Below are positions 38,416-51,775 of a stretch of DNA of 64,000 nucleotides, piece by piece. The DNA comes from Ophelia neglecta (taxonomy: Eukaryota), in the NCBI GenBank assembly GCA_965285935.1, contig OZ260665.1:27156001-27220000 (forward strand). The letters run 5' to 3'. Each line of letters opens with the position of its first letter. The stretch's first letter is position 1. Below the pieces are notes generated by a model that did no database searches, was not told the origin of the DNA, and saw nothing but the letters and a program-made list of their open reading frames with translations. A program made the position numbers and the translations under genes.

Positions 38416-41400
38416 GTGGCCTTGTCTAGTTTTACCCACATTCACTGATCTGATCTATCAATTGAACTCAGGCATCCTAGTGGTGCAAACCATGGCAAGG
38501 AGGTTTCACTTCAATGGCCTGTACTCCTTATTATAATATAGTATTATATAATGTAACGTAAATATAATCTGAGTCCTTGTCTAAAGTGACACGGTGAAAG
38601 CAGGGAATTGGGCAGCGCAATCGAGATTGGTTCTAGTAATATAATATGAAAGGATTTCTGCCCTGCGCACATCCCTTGAGAGGAACACTGCTCTCTGACT
38701 CATTGGCACCCTTCTCAGGAATATTGTGACGTGCAGAGGACAGGTAATCTCAGAAACCAATGATTTCCATGCATATAAAGCATAACGCTTGCTGAGTAGA
38801 GCTTCTTTAGGCAGCTGGGCTGAATCAAAACAGCTAATAACTGGCTTGACCACATAATCAACTTGTGGTTAGGCTAACATTGTTATAAGGATCTTGGTGA
38901 TAAATAGCAAAGCTTAGCCAAACTTTGAACTTTGAAAACCCTAGACAGCCACTCAACACAATACATCACAAATCCCATAGCTTGATGAATCCCTTTGGAG
39001 TGATGTAAACAGCCATCTGTGTTCTACTACAATGTGCTTTCCAGCTCTAATCCTTCTTTTAGAGTTTACTTTCTCCTACTTATCTGGTTTCAATTCCCTT
39101 GTCTGCTGTCTTGCGTCTGCTTGTGTTTCTATTTCAATCCCACTTCTCAAACTTTTCTATTATTGCATGCGTCAGACATTGTTTCTTCCCTTCATGTCTG
39201 AGAGTGGGCCCTGCCCAAGAGAATGCAGACAAGAAATCACTGAGGGGAGGTAAATAATGGATAGCTAACAAATGGGAGCTGGCTTTTGTCATTTGTAGCA
39301 TTGTTGGTAGAACTTGCTGAGGGAAGGAGTTGAAAGCTACAGTATTCATGGAATGTCTCTCTGGACACACACTCTGCAACTAATTCTTTCTCATCAACTT
39401 TGTTCTAGCCCAAAACAGATGGAAATTATGGAGCATCCTACCAGTCATTCTTACTCGTTATATACTAGACTAGACTGCCCAATAAGGCTGCAGCCAAGGT
39501 CCCTGTTTACGGCCAAATCCTATGGCAATGCGCCTGCTTTGAGTTGGCGAACATAGTCTGTTTGAAAAGTTACTGATTAAAATCCTCGTTCATCTACTAG
39601 GAAGTAAGGTCTGTTTTAAAGAGAATTTAATTCTTTACAATTGAGGCAAATTCAATTAATTAATTTGAAATAAACGTTGCACAGAATGTGGGTGAAATAT
39701 GAAAAAATCATTTTAGTCTAAGAGAAAAGTAAACTGTAAAAAGAAATAATTTTAGGTCTTTTCCATGTCCAAACTTACTAGATGAACAGGCCAATCAGAG
39801 ATGTGTATTTTTTATGATCAAGTTACTATTAAAAATCAAGTTTCCATCTGTAGAAGCCCTATTTAATATTAGAAATGCATATTTACTGAATTGGCTGCAT
39901 ATGTTCTTTTTAAACAAGGTAAAAATGATATGGTGAGAATATCTGGAGATGGAGGAGTCCATAGATGACTTGATTCATTCAGGTGTTGATCAGTTGGTTG
40001 GTGTAAACAGCCAAGGCAACAAGGAGATTTTCAACCAAATTGGCATCTGAATCCTATTAGCCATATCTCTAATTTTAGTTATATGTTTCCACTTTGAAAC
40101 CAGATTATCTCACAAAATTACAATAGCAATCATATCAAAGCTTATAAATCATTGAAAAATATAATTGTTGAGCATTGCAGACATGTTCAAATCTTCGATG
40201 CCAAGTTTCAAGACACTTTACTTTAATGTGTGAATATTGCCTGTATGGCCTCATCAATAGGTCCAGGGTGTACATGGGTGGACTCCGGCAGCTTAGGGAT
40301 ATAGCCTAGGGGCGGTTTGGGCCATTACAGTAGATAAAGGTTTAATGAGTCATTTTAATGCAATCCATATTTTTGAGGGTTTTTTTCTGTTTCCCCCCTT
40401 GTGAAATCCTTGTTCTCAATTTTAGCCAGGTGAAATGCTGTTTGTTATTTGCCATTCAGCCCTATTTATGGTGTGCTTTCCACAGGCTGATGGCAGGTTG
40501 ATTCCTGAACAAATGAGATTGTCTCTTTATTGTGCCCGTCCTTCCTTTAGTTTGTAATATGTCGGAATTAATCTGACGACTGAAGCCAAACATTTCGCCT
40601 GCGCGTTGAATTATCCATGAAACAATTTGATGGTGGCTGCAAGCCTATATGGACTTGAACATCCATCAGCTGGGCTGTGATGGCTTCTTTTCTGCTCCAC
40701 CAGTACCTTTCTATTGCTATGACAGAGCAATTTATGGTTCTAGCCACTAACAGGTGATGGTAACAATGGAGGAAGATTTGCACAACAACAGCTCTAATTT
40801 GTTCCAGTTGCTCCTGGCAACTGGCATTGTTGGAACAAATATTGTGGAGACCATACCATCAAGAAGAAAGAGCCTTTCTGGGGTTCCCTGATATGAGGAG
40901 CCATAAGGCAGGCAAAGAATGAGAAACTCTCCATGGCTAGCTGCCTTGGTGGAGAGTGCCAACCACTTATCACAGATACCAGACTGATAGAAAACCCTCA
41001 AGAATCTCTGACCTACATTCCCTGCCAAATCCTTCTTTTCTTACTAGTTGAAGGACAATTCTGGCTCTCCTCCAAGGCTTGTAAGTAGTCCCAATGCCAT
41101 ATTCTCACAAGTTCTTCTTGTTGGCATATTGGGACATTGGCCAGCAGCACAGTCGGAGTAGCCAAGACATCTAAATTTCCCTCCCAACAGCCAGGTTTGG
41201 TCATGACTCTAGCTGTTATGGTGTATTTGTTTGGGGTTTAGATTTGATACCAACTATGGAGGAAGGCTTCACCTGGCTGGTTATAGGGAGGGACTCCTTG
41301 ATTCTGGTTAGCTGTATAGTCTTCTAGGATCACAATGTACTGATGAGGGCTCCAAAGTTACAGCATATGCAAATGTAATATTGGAAGCCAGAATAAGGAA

Positions 41401-44400
41401 GTGCTGGGCCTTAGGGACACCCATATTTCAGCATTCATTTTCCATAATCAAGGCATATAATCCTACTTGTTTCAACTATCTGAAGCTATAGAAAAGGACT
41501 ACTCCTGTTTTTACTAAACACTATGTTGAAAAAGATAATAAGATTATAGCTGGTTGGAAGTATAATAGCTTTTTTTCCTACCTTTGTATGTTATATGATT
41601 AATGGGGCATGCATCCTGCTTAGGAGGAACCATAAACTATCAACAACTCAAAGCTGTAGTCTGTATGTGTCTGCCTCATGAAAAACCTTTGGCTGGACTT
41701 GCAGTTATAAATAAAGCTGGCCATGACAGATTTAATCCATTTTTCCCTAGCATTGTTTAACCTGTAAAAACAGCCATTCAAAGAGTTCAGTGGCTAGGTC
41801 TCTTGGTGGATCACCAGGCTGGAGAATCATTGATAAATGAGACATTTATTTTAGGAGTGATTTAGGCACATGAGAGCAGGAAAGCTTTTGGTAATAATTT
41901 GACCCACGGTCTCCGATTTCTTTTTCAGTCAAACATTTTTCACTTAAACATGCATTTCTCTATTGTATTGGAGATGTCAGATTGAAGAAAACTCTTCACA
42001 AAACATCAATGATAGAGATATATTGAAATTGAAGAAACTTTACAGGTTGTTCAGAATAAACAATTTGCTGAATGCAGTGATTTGAGAGGCAGTCCATGAC
42101 CCAGTTGCCCATTTGGCTGTCTGACAAAGCCTGAGCTGGTTGAAGACAGCCATCCAAATTATACATGCGTCTACCTCACTGCTGAGAACAAGTTTAAGAA
42201 TTAGGAGGCTACTAGGAGTACATCTATTGGAGCAGAGATTGTATTAACATCTAGATGAGTTTCATGCTCCGTCAGGCTCGGGAGCTCGGCTAGCCCCGAT
42301 TGCTGACAGTATAAACATCGCGGGACTGACTTTAGTAGATTGTCTGCACATCACATGTTGATTGTTTGATGGAGATGTCAGAGCAGGTTGGAGATTAGAT
42401 GGAGAACAAACTATGGGATGTGTTCTGAATGTCGGAGAGGGGTGAGACATACATGGAGCTCAACAGTGCATTGGTAGCATGCGTTTACTGCTACACTTGG
42501 GCTGTTATAAGGCTGACACTAGAGACGCCTTGTAACCAGAGACCCCTTGTAGAGAGAGCTGATTAAGGGCGGGTGTCATAGTCCCCCTTGTAGAGAAGGC
42601 ATTTTAAGGCAGGGCATCACATTTTACCCTTCTTAGTAAGAACAGGATGTTAGCTGTCAGGCGAGGTGTGGGGCAGGGGTTCTTTCCTAAACTGCTAGAC
42701 CCATTCTGAAACATGGGGTTGTTGACTTGAGTTGAGGCATAAACAACAGATTGTAAAGGGGCACCCAAATTGATATATTGGCTTCAATTTGATGAATGCA
42801 CAGGGATTTCTCATTCCAACCAAACTCCCCTTTTGATCCATTATCACATATTTCATTTTTTCTTTATTGATTCAAGTCTGTGTAAATGATGAGTCAAGAA
42901 CTTTCATTGTAAGCTGCTTGGGTTTCTTTTCTGTGTTGCTTGCTCTCACCTACAAATAACCATATATCACAGCTGCTAGGCTTATGTGCAATTTTTCTTT
43001 TTTTCTTCAAGGCTGCCATTTATATCCTCTGTAACCCTTGCCTTTAAATTGTAACTGTGAGTATAGATATATGAGTGAAAATAAATGTGTTTCCACAGTG
43101 AAGCCTATGACAATATTTATTGTGGTCATGTGCTAATGCAACTCTCTGGCCCTATGAGCGCAGCCCAGTGATGCTCTTTGCCTTGCTGATGGTGATATTA
43201 TTACTAGACAATGTTAGATGGCCCTGGCACTGTACAGACAAATCTCAGCCAATGGCTGTGACCTGGGCAGCCTCGCCAAGTGAAGTGACGGGCCTTTGAG
43301 GGTGGCTAGATGCTAGCCAACATGCGAGTGTTCCTCGTCTTTTAAAGACAGAACTGTCTGTCTTTAACCACAAGTCATGAACAATCCTCCCCATCTTTTG
43401 CCTTTTTCGCCTCTCTCCCCAGTTTGGACGGTGATTCATCGCGGTTTTGTGTATTTGTGGTAATAAATACAGACCATCCAGCCAATGCTCTCCATGTTAA
43501 ATGACATGTTGCATTTATTTCTGTCTTGGATTACTGCACAAACAATATTAGGTATTGTAGATTACAAGAACAGATCAATGAAATGCTGCAATGCCTGTTG
43601 CACCAAATCAAGGCTGGATTCATATCAGACACAACACTAGTGGTTTCGTCTGATTTACAGTGATGGTTTCAGTGGTTTTGTCGGGGAATATCGCTCGTTG
43701 AGATAATTCAGACTAGGGGAATAATTAAGGCTGCTTGCAAAGTAGACATTGTACATTGTGCATCATAGAAAGTTATTTTAAAAACAAACTTATTTGGATT
43801 AACGATACAATATTTACACCAGTGTATTGCAATGATGTTTTGTCTTACCTGACTATCTGGCTCATGGTTTTGATGGACTGCCTCCCAGCCAGAACTAAGC
43901 TACTATAGATTACCCAAGGCATTTTGTCTGTTATGAAATAAGGCTTGAATTATTGGCTCCAAGCTGTCAGCTGACTTTTAAGCTCACATCCTAGCTAGAG
44001 CTTCATTACTTAATTCTGTGTTCTGCTGCACTATGCCCCCTGTATTTATACTGAAATACTTTTTTCGTGAATAAATGTTTGGTAACCTTATTTAACTGAT
44101 AGAACAGTTCAAAAGTTGTCCAGCCACTCTTCTAAGTTTTCACATCTAATGATTTAAGACTTCATATGCTTGTCTATTGACTTTCAATTTTAGTTCATTT
44201 AAGGTTTGAAATGACCTGAAATTGATGATCTACCTTCATTGATCTGTTTTAAATGTATCTTTCTTAATCTGTTTATAATCTACCTCCATTGGTCTGTTAT
44301 CTGTTATGGGACCATCTATCAGGGAGTTGTCCTGAACTTAATGCCACAAGAACATGCATCTAGATTATTGTACTAACGCTAATCAGAATTGGTCAAAGCC

Positions 44401-44987
44401 TCGCCCTTGATTGTTTGATTGGTGGATCTGGCCATAATGACAGGCCAGCATGCGAGGCCATCTTTACCGGCATCGTAAAGCCATGAAGCACCACAACCAG
44501 TGGAATCTCTTCAATACAACTGTGGCTTGGCTGAATTTAACAGAAATCCAAAGCTGGCTGCTGATTAACTGCTCCCTGGTTTCCTGGACTCGTCTGTCCA
44601 GTAGCTTTCAGTCGGGTAAAGACGTAATGTAGATTTACAGCAAGGGGTTATGGGTGATCAACCCGTGCCTTTGTAGACAATGATAGCCGGCGATATTGCC
44701 GGTTAGATCATCAAACGGTTTGATCTGTCGGGCAGGCGACTTGGACATGATCATCTTCTGTCTTGTTAGTGGACTTTTAGATGCTAGGATTGTCTCGTAA
44801 TACCTTTACTGCAGCGATGTGCACTTAATAAAGGTTTAGTGTGAACATTAAGCACATGGCAGTGGAGGGCAGGAGGACAGTATGGGGGTCCATTCGGACA
44901 ACTTTAATCTTTATGTTTTGGTCGGTCTCTGCTTGTTAACCACATTCCTAGACACCTAGCTAACCAACTATGTGAATATGTACAGAT

Positions 44988-45520
44988 AAAACAGTGTAAA
45001 TACAGTGTAAATACAGTGTAAATACAGTGTAAATACAGTGTAAATGCAATGAAGGTCATAAAAGGTAAATACAGCAATTTACAGTGTAAATTCTATGAAA
45101 CTAGTACAACATAAATACAGCGGAATACAGTGTAAATACAATGAAACTAGTACAGTGTAAATACAGCGTAATACAATGTAAACTCAATGAAACTAGTACA
45201 GCGTAAATACAGCGTAATACAATGTAAACTCAATGAAACTAGTACAGCGTAAATACAGCTTAATACAATGTAAACTCAATGAAACTAGTACAGTGTAAAT
45301 ACAGCGTAATACAATGTAAACTCAATGAAACTAGTACAGCGTAAATACAGCGGAATACAGTGTAAATACAATGAAACTAGTACAGTGTAAATACAGCGGA
45401 ATACAGTGTAAATACAATGAAACTAGTACAGTGTAAATACAGCGAAATACAGTGTAAATACAATAAAAGTAGTACTGTGTTAATACAGCAAAGTACAGTA
45501 TAAATACAATGAAAGTAGTA
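44988..45520. repeat. Satellite: 11-bp TACAGTGTAAA monomers and a 46-bp higher-order unit
   Basis: Pure 11-mers at ~44990-45045; TACAGCGTAAATACAGCGTAATACAATGTAAACTCAATGAAACTAG recurs at a 46-bp period (45181, 45227). Confidence 0.95.
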
Positions 45521-46684
45521 CAGTTGGGCGACCATTGAGCGATAAAAATTGACCCGATCTCTCATCCATCTCCTTAAAGCCTCGAAAAAGCCGTTTCTGT
45601 GTAAATGTTCGGGAGATCCTTGTGCGCTCATCGAGCGATCAAAAATTCAATTTTTGGCAACATTCATGGTGATCTATAGAGACCTTTGGGCGACCTTTGA
45701 GCAACCTTTGAGCGACCTTGGCGCTCACTGAGCGCTCATTGAAAGATCCTTGAGAGAACAATGGAGACCAGGCCTCCTGCAGCGTCTATTGAGAGTTTGC
45801 GGAGCGCTAGTAGGGCGACTAAGAGAGATCATTGAGAGATCTACGGAGATCGCTGAGAGATCAGGTGCAACCATGAGAGATCACCGAGAGACAAGAAGAG
45901 ATCCCTGAGGGATCATTGAGAGTTGCTTGGGCGACCAAGAAGGTATCTGAGCGTTTCTTTGGCGACAGGGATGCCTCTGGGTATATATGTGAGAGGTTTG
46001 TGGCGATCTTTCAGTCTCTGGCAAGGTGTAGAAGAAGCAACAAAGCCAGAAAGTAGAGATGATCAACCTAGCTTGGTACATGCACATGCCATCCTACTAG
46101 GTCACCAAGCGCTTCTCCAGATGGCCATTGCTCTCGTCAGAAGGAGGAGGCAGAGGCACGGAATGAGACCAAAACCTGATGGGTCCGCCCCTGGCTGACA
46201 CAAGCAAGTAGGGTACAGTTTGGTGACTACAGCCAGCTGATGCAAGAGCTGAGGCTGGAAGATGAGGGGGCAATTTCCAACTACCTGCGCATGGAGCCGG
46301 CTTTGTTTGATGTGCTCCTGCAAAGGGTTGTACCTAGGATCACTAAAGCTAATACCAACTGGAAAATTGAAAGATCGCTGCAAGATCAGTGGGAGATTGA
46401 TGAGATCGTTGAGCGCTCCTTGAGAGTTGGTTGAGCGTTCGCTGAGCGTTTGCTGTGAGATCGGCTCTCTTGGCGATCGGTGAGCGATTGATTTGGACCG
46501 AGTCAAAACTATGAGGAGACCGTGGCTACCAGAGAGACCAGTAGGGATCGCTGAGGGATCATTGAGAGACCATTGAGAGATCTAAGTGATCGCTGGGTGC
46601 TCATAGAAAGATCGTTGAGAGATCTGGCCAGTTTTCATTGCTTAATGATCTCTCAACGGTCGCCACCACTGTGTAAAGGGGGTT
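45520..46684 (+). mobile_element. Internally deleted non-autonomous PIF/Harbinger DNA transposon
   Basis: Right end ...CTCAACGGTCGCCACCACTGTGTAAAGGGGGTT followed by TAA (TWA target). The inner left TIR ACAGTTGGGCGACCATTGAG matches it in inverted form. Both arms carry many GAGAGATC/GAGCGATC subterminal repeats around a central transposase fragment. Confidence 0.85.
46121..46362 (+). pseudogene. Harbinger transposase N-terminal fragment (frameshift and stop; DDE domain deleted)
   Basis: MAIALVRRRRQR.., then a frameshift/TGA at ~46175-46179, then WVRPWLTQASRVQFGDYSQLMQELRLEDEGAISNYLRMEPALFDVLLQRVVPRITKANTNW. This matches the WVRPW..G.Y..LM.EL..ED...NY.RM...F..LL..V.P.I.K..T.W pattern of Harbinger transposases. 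Confidence 0.85.
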
Positions 46685-49600
46685 TAAGTCACTTGACATA
46701 TAATAGTAACTATGATTGGGTTTTTCTCATTAAATACAAAACTCACACATTTATTTTGTGATCAATATGACTTGTCAGTCCACATTAATACATTCTACAC
46801 CAATATTTCCCAGTCTCTTGTTTGGTTTCCATTCAAAGGTTCACTGTATACAAGTATAGCCATGCTTTGTTGGTATAACCCCTGTAGTTCTGTATCCATT
46901 GAATGCACCAATACTCAGAACTAGAGTGAATCAACAGAAACTTGATTAGTAGATATTAAGGTACTTGCCCAGTGGAATAGAATTTATTCATTGGCCATCT
47001 GATCTGCTATCAGCATGGTAGGCAGGGTCATTCAAACTAGAGGCAGCCAAGCAGCAATGTAATCCTCCTAGTGTCCATCAATACAAACCATGAATAGCAA
47101 TGCCGGGCAATAACTAATGTGGAATTCAATTAGACAAGCGACTCCCTCCAACTCCTTCTGTGTATTACAGGGACAAAATCACTGCAGGGGTGGCCACCAC
47201 CAACAACAGTCCCTCACTGCCTCATACCATACGGCCTGACCTTACTGGTCAGCTCCAGACTTGTGGACGCGGCTATCAATTTTGTCACTCCTTGTTTATG
47301 GTCAGGCTGGTCCTTGATGAGTTATTGAGTCCGTGCTCTGCTGAAGACAGGAGCGGTAGATGAGGTGTAATTGTTTTCCAATGACACAATGGTGTATGAG
47401 TAAGGGTGTTGTTTGGGTTAATGGTAGCAGGCCAGTCATCCCGATGACCCTACAATAACATGTACAAATGGCCCTGTTTATGGAATTTTTATTGGTTTGT
47501 CAATTGTTTTTATTTGGTATACACTGAAGCCAGCATCACTTCTGGCTGGTTTCAGGTGTGCTGTGCATGTGGGAGTAGTTTGGAAGTAGCTTACAGGGAT
47601 AGGGTTAATGGATAGGATTTGGATAGGGTCACTTGAATGTAATATTATTATGGATTATACAAATATTTATCAATTGACAATGCAAGTAATAAGCTCATAT
47701 CTTTTAAGCTTGATCATGAAATTATGTTTCGGTAATTTTCATTATTGGTATATATATTAAGCTCCATTTGCTTAGTGCCAGTTGTGGATGGTTTTACCTG
47801 AATTTTGAAGAGGCCACTTTCATAACATTAAAAAGTTAATAACAAGAGCTTGGTACTCTATGTTCCTTGATGCTGTGGCAGTATACAAGGAGAAATGGAG
47901 GAGTTATTTCATTTTTTTTGCAGATTATCAGCTGAATGTGGTTAACCAATGACAACAGATCATTTTATAAGAGGGCCAAGCCATTTGGCAGGCTCTGGAA
48001 TGAGGTGGGAAGAGATCTTCTGGTGCCTAGAGATCAATCTTCTTGCCAGGTGCCAATGAAACTGCTCTGACCTACAAAAATCAGCAGGTCAATCGAGTAC
48101 TCACAATTTAAAGACCGGAATGCTAATGGTCAGCAATTTAATTATCAATGTCTCTAATGATTAAACATTGCATTCCACACTTATTTCCTGTCTCAGTGAG
48201 TTTGCAATAACATTGCCAATAAAGAGTTTAGTATATGCCTCAGCAGTCCGATATGGGAGCCGTAGTGTGGCAAACAAAGGCTGGGGACAGATTTATTATT
48301 TGGTGGGCCAGGGGACCTGGTAGGTTTCAACCAGTGATGGCAATATTGAAATAGTTTGTCAGTGTTTATAGGGAAAAGAAGTCCATAGCAGTCTAATTTA
48401 CAGCTAAGGAGATTACATGTTAGCCTCTGAAGGGATGCTCCCAAGGAAGGCATTGTGCCAGCAGGAAGGAATTCTCCCTTGGGTGGTATTGAGCCTGCAG
48501 GAAGAGACAGAATCTCTGTGATGATACCTTTGTTAGGTTATGCACATAGTTTAAGACGGTATTGAGAGAGGATGGCTGGCTCCCTGTCTTCTGCCAGTCC
48601 AAAGGTCAGTCTATTTGTTTTCCCCCATTTCGTCAATCCTGACAATAAACAAACCAATGGAGTAATGCGCCTTACCGTGAAGGATAACCTAGCAGGGATG
48701 TTCTGCTATGGGTGAGTGAGTGAGCCGGGATGTCAACACGGTAGGATGTTTGGTCCTGTATTGATTGAGAGGGAGCAAGGCGATCTGGCTGTGAGGCTCC
48801 CCCAGGACCAAGACTGCCGGGTGGAGATCTCTCCATTAGGTGTATCCTCTACTTATCTCAATCACAGCCAGAGGTCAGGGACAACGATATTACTACTATG
48901 TACGTGTTCTATAATTGGATCCCAACTTGACAACTCTCCTAGTTCTCATTATGGTAGCCTTGGTTAATTTTATGAGAAAAAAACTCTCCTGTTGGACAAT
49001 GCTGGCCCAATCCCGGGTGCAGCGCAGGACTATTGACACTGATGTACAGTCGTCTTTATTCAGGTGACGGGGCCTCCATATGACACTTATCTTAGAAACC
49101 CACAGTTGAGTATGGCCAAGCCAACAAAACTCCAGGTCTGGAAAGTTCTCAAGCTTTTTATTGGTTCTTTCTCTTGCCACAAACTGCATTTAAGGTATTG
49201 GTTTAGTTGACAGCCAATTTCCACCCACTGTTTGTACGCCTTTGTAAAACGATCACCGCCATGGTACAATTAAATGGCAAAAAAGTGCCTGCCTGCAATG
49301 ATATTGTGATCGGCTGGTGCTCGTGGTCTGATTAGATCTGCCTCCTCTACACTCTGTTTATCTGTAGTCAATACCTGGGGTGTATCAGGCATCGATCCCT
49401 GCCGTCTAACCAATAGACTTGTGAAGTGGGCTCGATGGTGTCTTTTTCATCTCCGTAGTTTATTATCTGGATAACTGAACATCTGACATCTGTCAATGAC
49501 ATTGAGAGACCTGTTTGATGGTAACTGTGTTGGTGTTCACACTTTTTTTTTAACCAAAGCCACAATGATATTATACTTTCAATCAATGCATTGTCTCAAC

Positions 49601-50399
49601 CCATTAGTTGGGCCTCAAATGGCCTTTATTGGAAATTCAGTTCTGTGTTGGACCTAACTCTTTTTCTTCTCTTAGCTGCTTGGCAAGGAAACTGTTAACA
49701 GTTAAGCTGATGATGTCTGTGGTTTTGTTTGTTTAATTACTTTGTCCTAGTTTAATTTTGATAACAGCCACATGTAAGAAACTGTTTGTCACCTTCCACT
49801 CTCAGTGTTTGAAAAGCGTTCTCGAATACCTCATTAATAATGGAACTGGTCTTGTTCTCGTAGTCATTTCCCAACTTCGTCGTAAATCCAGGAAAAAAAC
49901 TGAAAATTTATAACTAAAGCTGTGGTGTTTATCATTGCCAGCATGTTTTAGAGGTCACCATGCACATTGGGGTGGAGCAAGAGGTCACCTACGCGAGTCT
50001 CTGTATAGACAAAAGGTCACTTCCTCTATTATTAATTGATGCCCACTCACTTGTATCTCTCATGTACTGTAAATCGGTTAACTCTGCATGCTGTTAATGA
50101 CTGTTAATGTTAATTTTGTAATTCACAAAGGCAAGGAAGCTAAAATGGTAAGAAAAACAATGTACATCAACTGAGTCACGTATCTAAACCTTAAAATGTA
50201 AATATGATTGCAGCCAACAAAAAAAAGATAAAGAGTGAATGGATTTAATGTATTCATATATAATAAATGCAAATCTTCTTAACCAGACTTGTTAAATTGT
50301 CTTGTAGCTTTTTCTCTCAAGGCAACTTTCATGTTTTATGTAACCTGTTGTCTATTAATACAGATATATAAGAGAGTAGAGTCACAGAATTCATATTCA

Positions 50400-50830
50400 G
50401 TCAAACAGTATTGTAGTCCAGTTTCCCTACCAGTAAATGGTATTGTTATTCAGGTTTCCCAGAAGAGAATGGTATTGTGCTCCAGTTTCCTTAGCACTAA
50501 ACACTATTGTGCTTCAGTTTCTATAGCATTAAACAGTATTGTGCTCCAGTTTCTCTAGCATTAAACAGTATGTGCCCCAGTTTCTCTAGCATTAAACAGT
50601 AGGTGCTCCAGTTGCTCCAGTTTCTCTAGCATTAAACAGTAGGTGCTCCAGTTGCTCCAGTTTCTCTAGCATTAAACAGTAGGTGCTCCAGTTTCTCTAG
50701 CATTAAACAGTAGGTGCTCCAGTTTCTCTAGCATTAAACAGTATGTGCTCCAGTTTCTCTAGCAATAAACAGTATTGTGATCCATTTTCTATAGTATTAA
50801 ACAGTATTGTGATCCATTTTCTATAGTAGT
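50400..50830. repeat. 31-33-bp minisatellite with 40-bp variants, ~13 copies
   Basis: Unit GCTCCAGTTTCTCTAGCATTAAACAGTAGGT; two units carry an extra GCTCCAGTT. Confidence 0.93.
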
Positions 50831-51597
50831 AAATGTGATCCCTGGTGGTATTTAGTTCTACAAACCAGCTACCCCAAGGAAAAGACATCAAAAACTTTAT
50901 TCGGGTCAGTCTTCTCTGAAAGTCCCTTTTAATTAATACCTAAAAGTCCCTTTTTCCCTCTCATACAATTTTGTGTTATACAGATACTTGGCTGTTCTTG
51001 TCCCACCTTGTTCCCTCAATTTGCCCCTTGCCTTTGCTGTACAATTCATCACAGGCACCTCAGTCTTCAGAATCACTGTTCACCAGAAATTACAGGCTAA
51101 ACAAGCTGTGACAGCCATGCCATTGCAATAGTTGTCTCTGTCAACTCCAGTAGTGTTTGTCTGCTGTGAGTCAGAGGCTGAGAACCCACCTGCCTGTGTG
51201 ATGGGTGCCTCTCTAAGACTCTTGGCTAGGTTATTGAGGATATCCTGCTCAACCCCAAGCCACCCCAGCACTGCTGTTTAACATTCCACCTGACACAGGG
51301 CAGGATTTCAGCCCCGGGCTCCGGAGATCATGGGTACAACTTGATCTGGCGGGGCGCAGGCTGCCCTAGCAAATCACTCCTGGCAGGTGTGTCATGGCTG
51401 ACTCTAACAAGAATTATATCCTGTCCTGGATGATACTAGGCCTAGCTTTCTGTTATTGCCATAAATCTGAGCTCCAACCAGCCAGAATATTTTAACCCCA
51501 TTAATAGCCCTTACAAATAATGTACACCAGGTTTGATGGTAGTTCTTGTTTACCCACAATATCAACTTCCCTTTTATAAGTAACATTTCCCAGAGTA

Positions 51598-51775
51598 AAG
51601 TGGTCCCTGCGATGTAAAGTCCCTCTGATGAAGGGCCACCTGTGATGGCAGGACAGGTTTTGAATACCCATGTCCTATCTTTTACATGTTCAAGTACCTC
51701 CGATGAAGGGCCTTCTGCAATGTAGGGACACTTTTCCTTGGATTTGGTGATGGCCATACATTGCAGGGACCACTG
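51598..51775. mobile_element. Tc1/mariner-pogo-type MITE (178 bp), best-preserved copy
   Basis: 19-bp TIRs AAGTGGTCCCTGCGATGTA / TACATTGCAGGGACCACTG (2 mismatches), flanked by TA on both sides, with an internal direct repeat CTCYGATGAAGGGCC. Confidence 0.8.
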
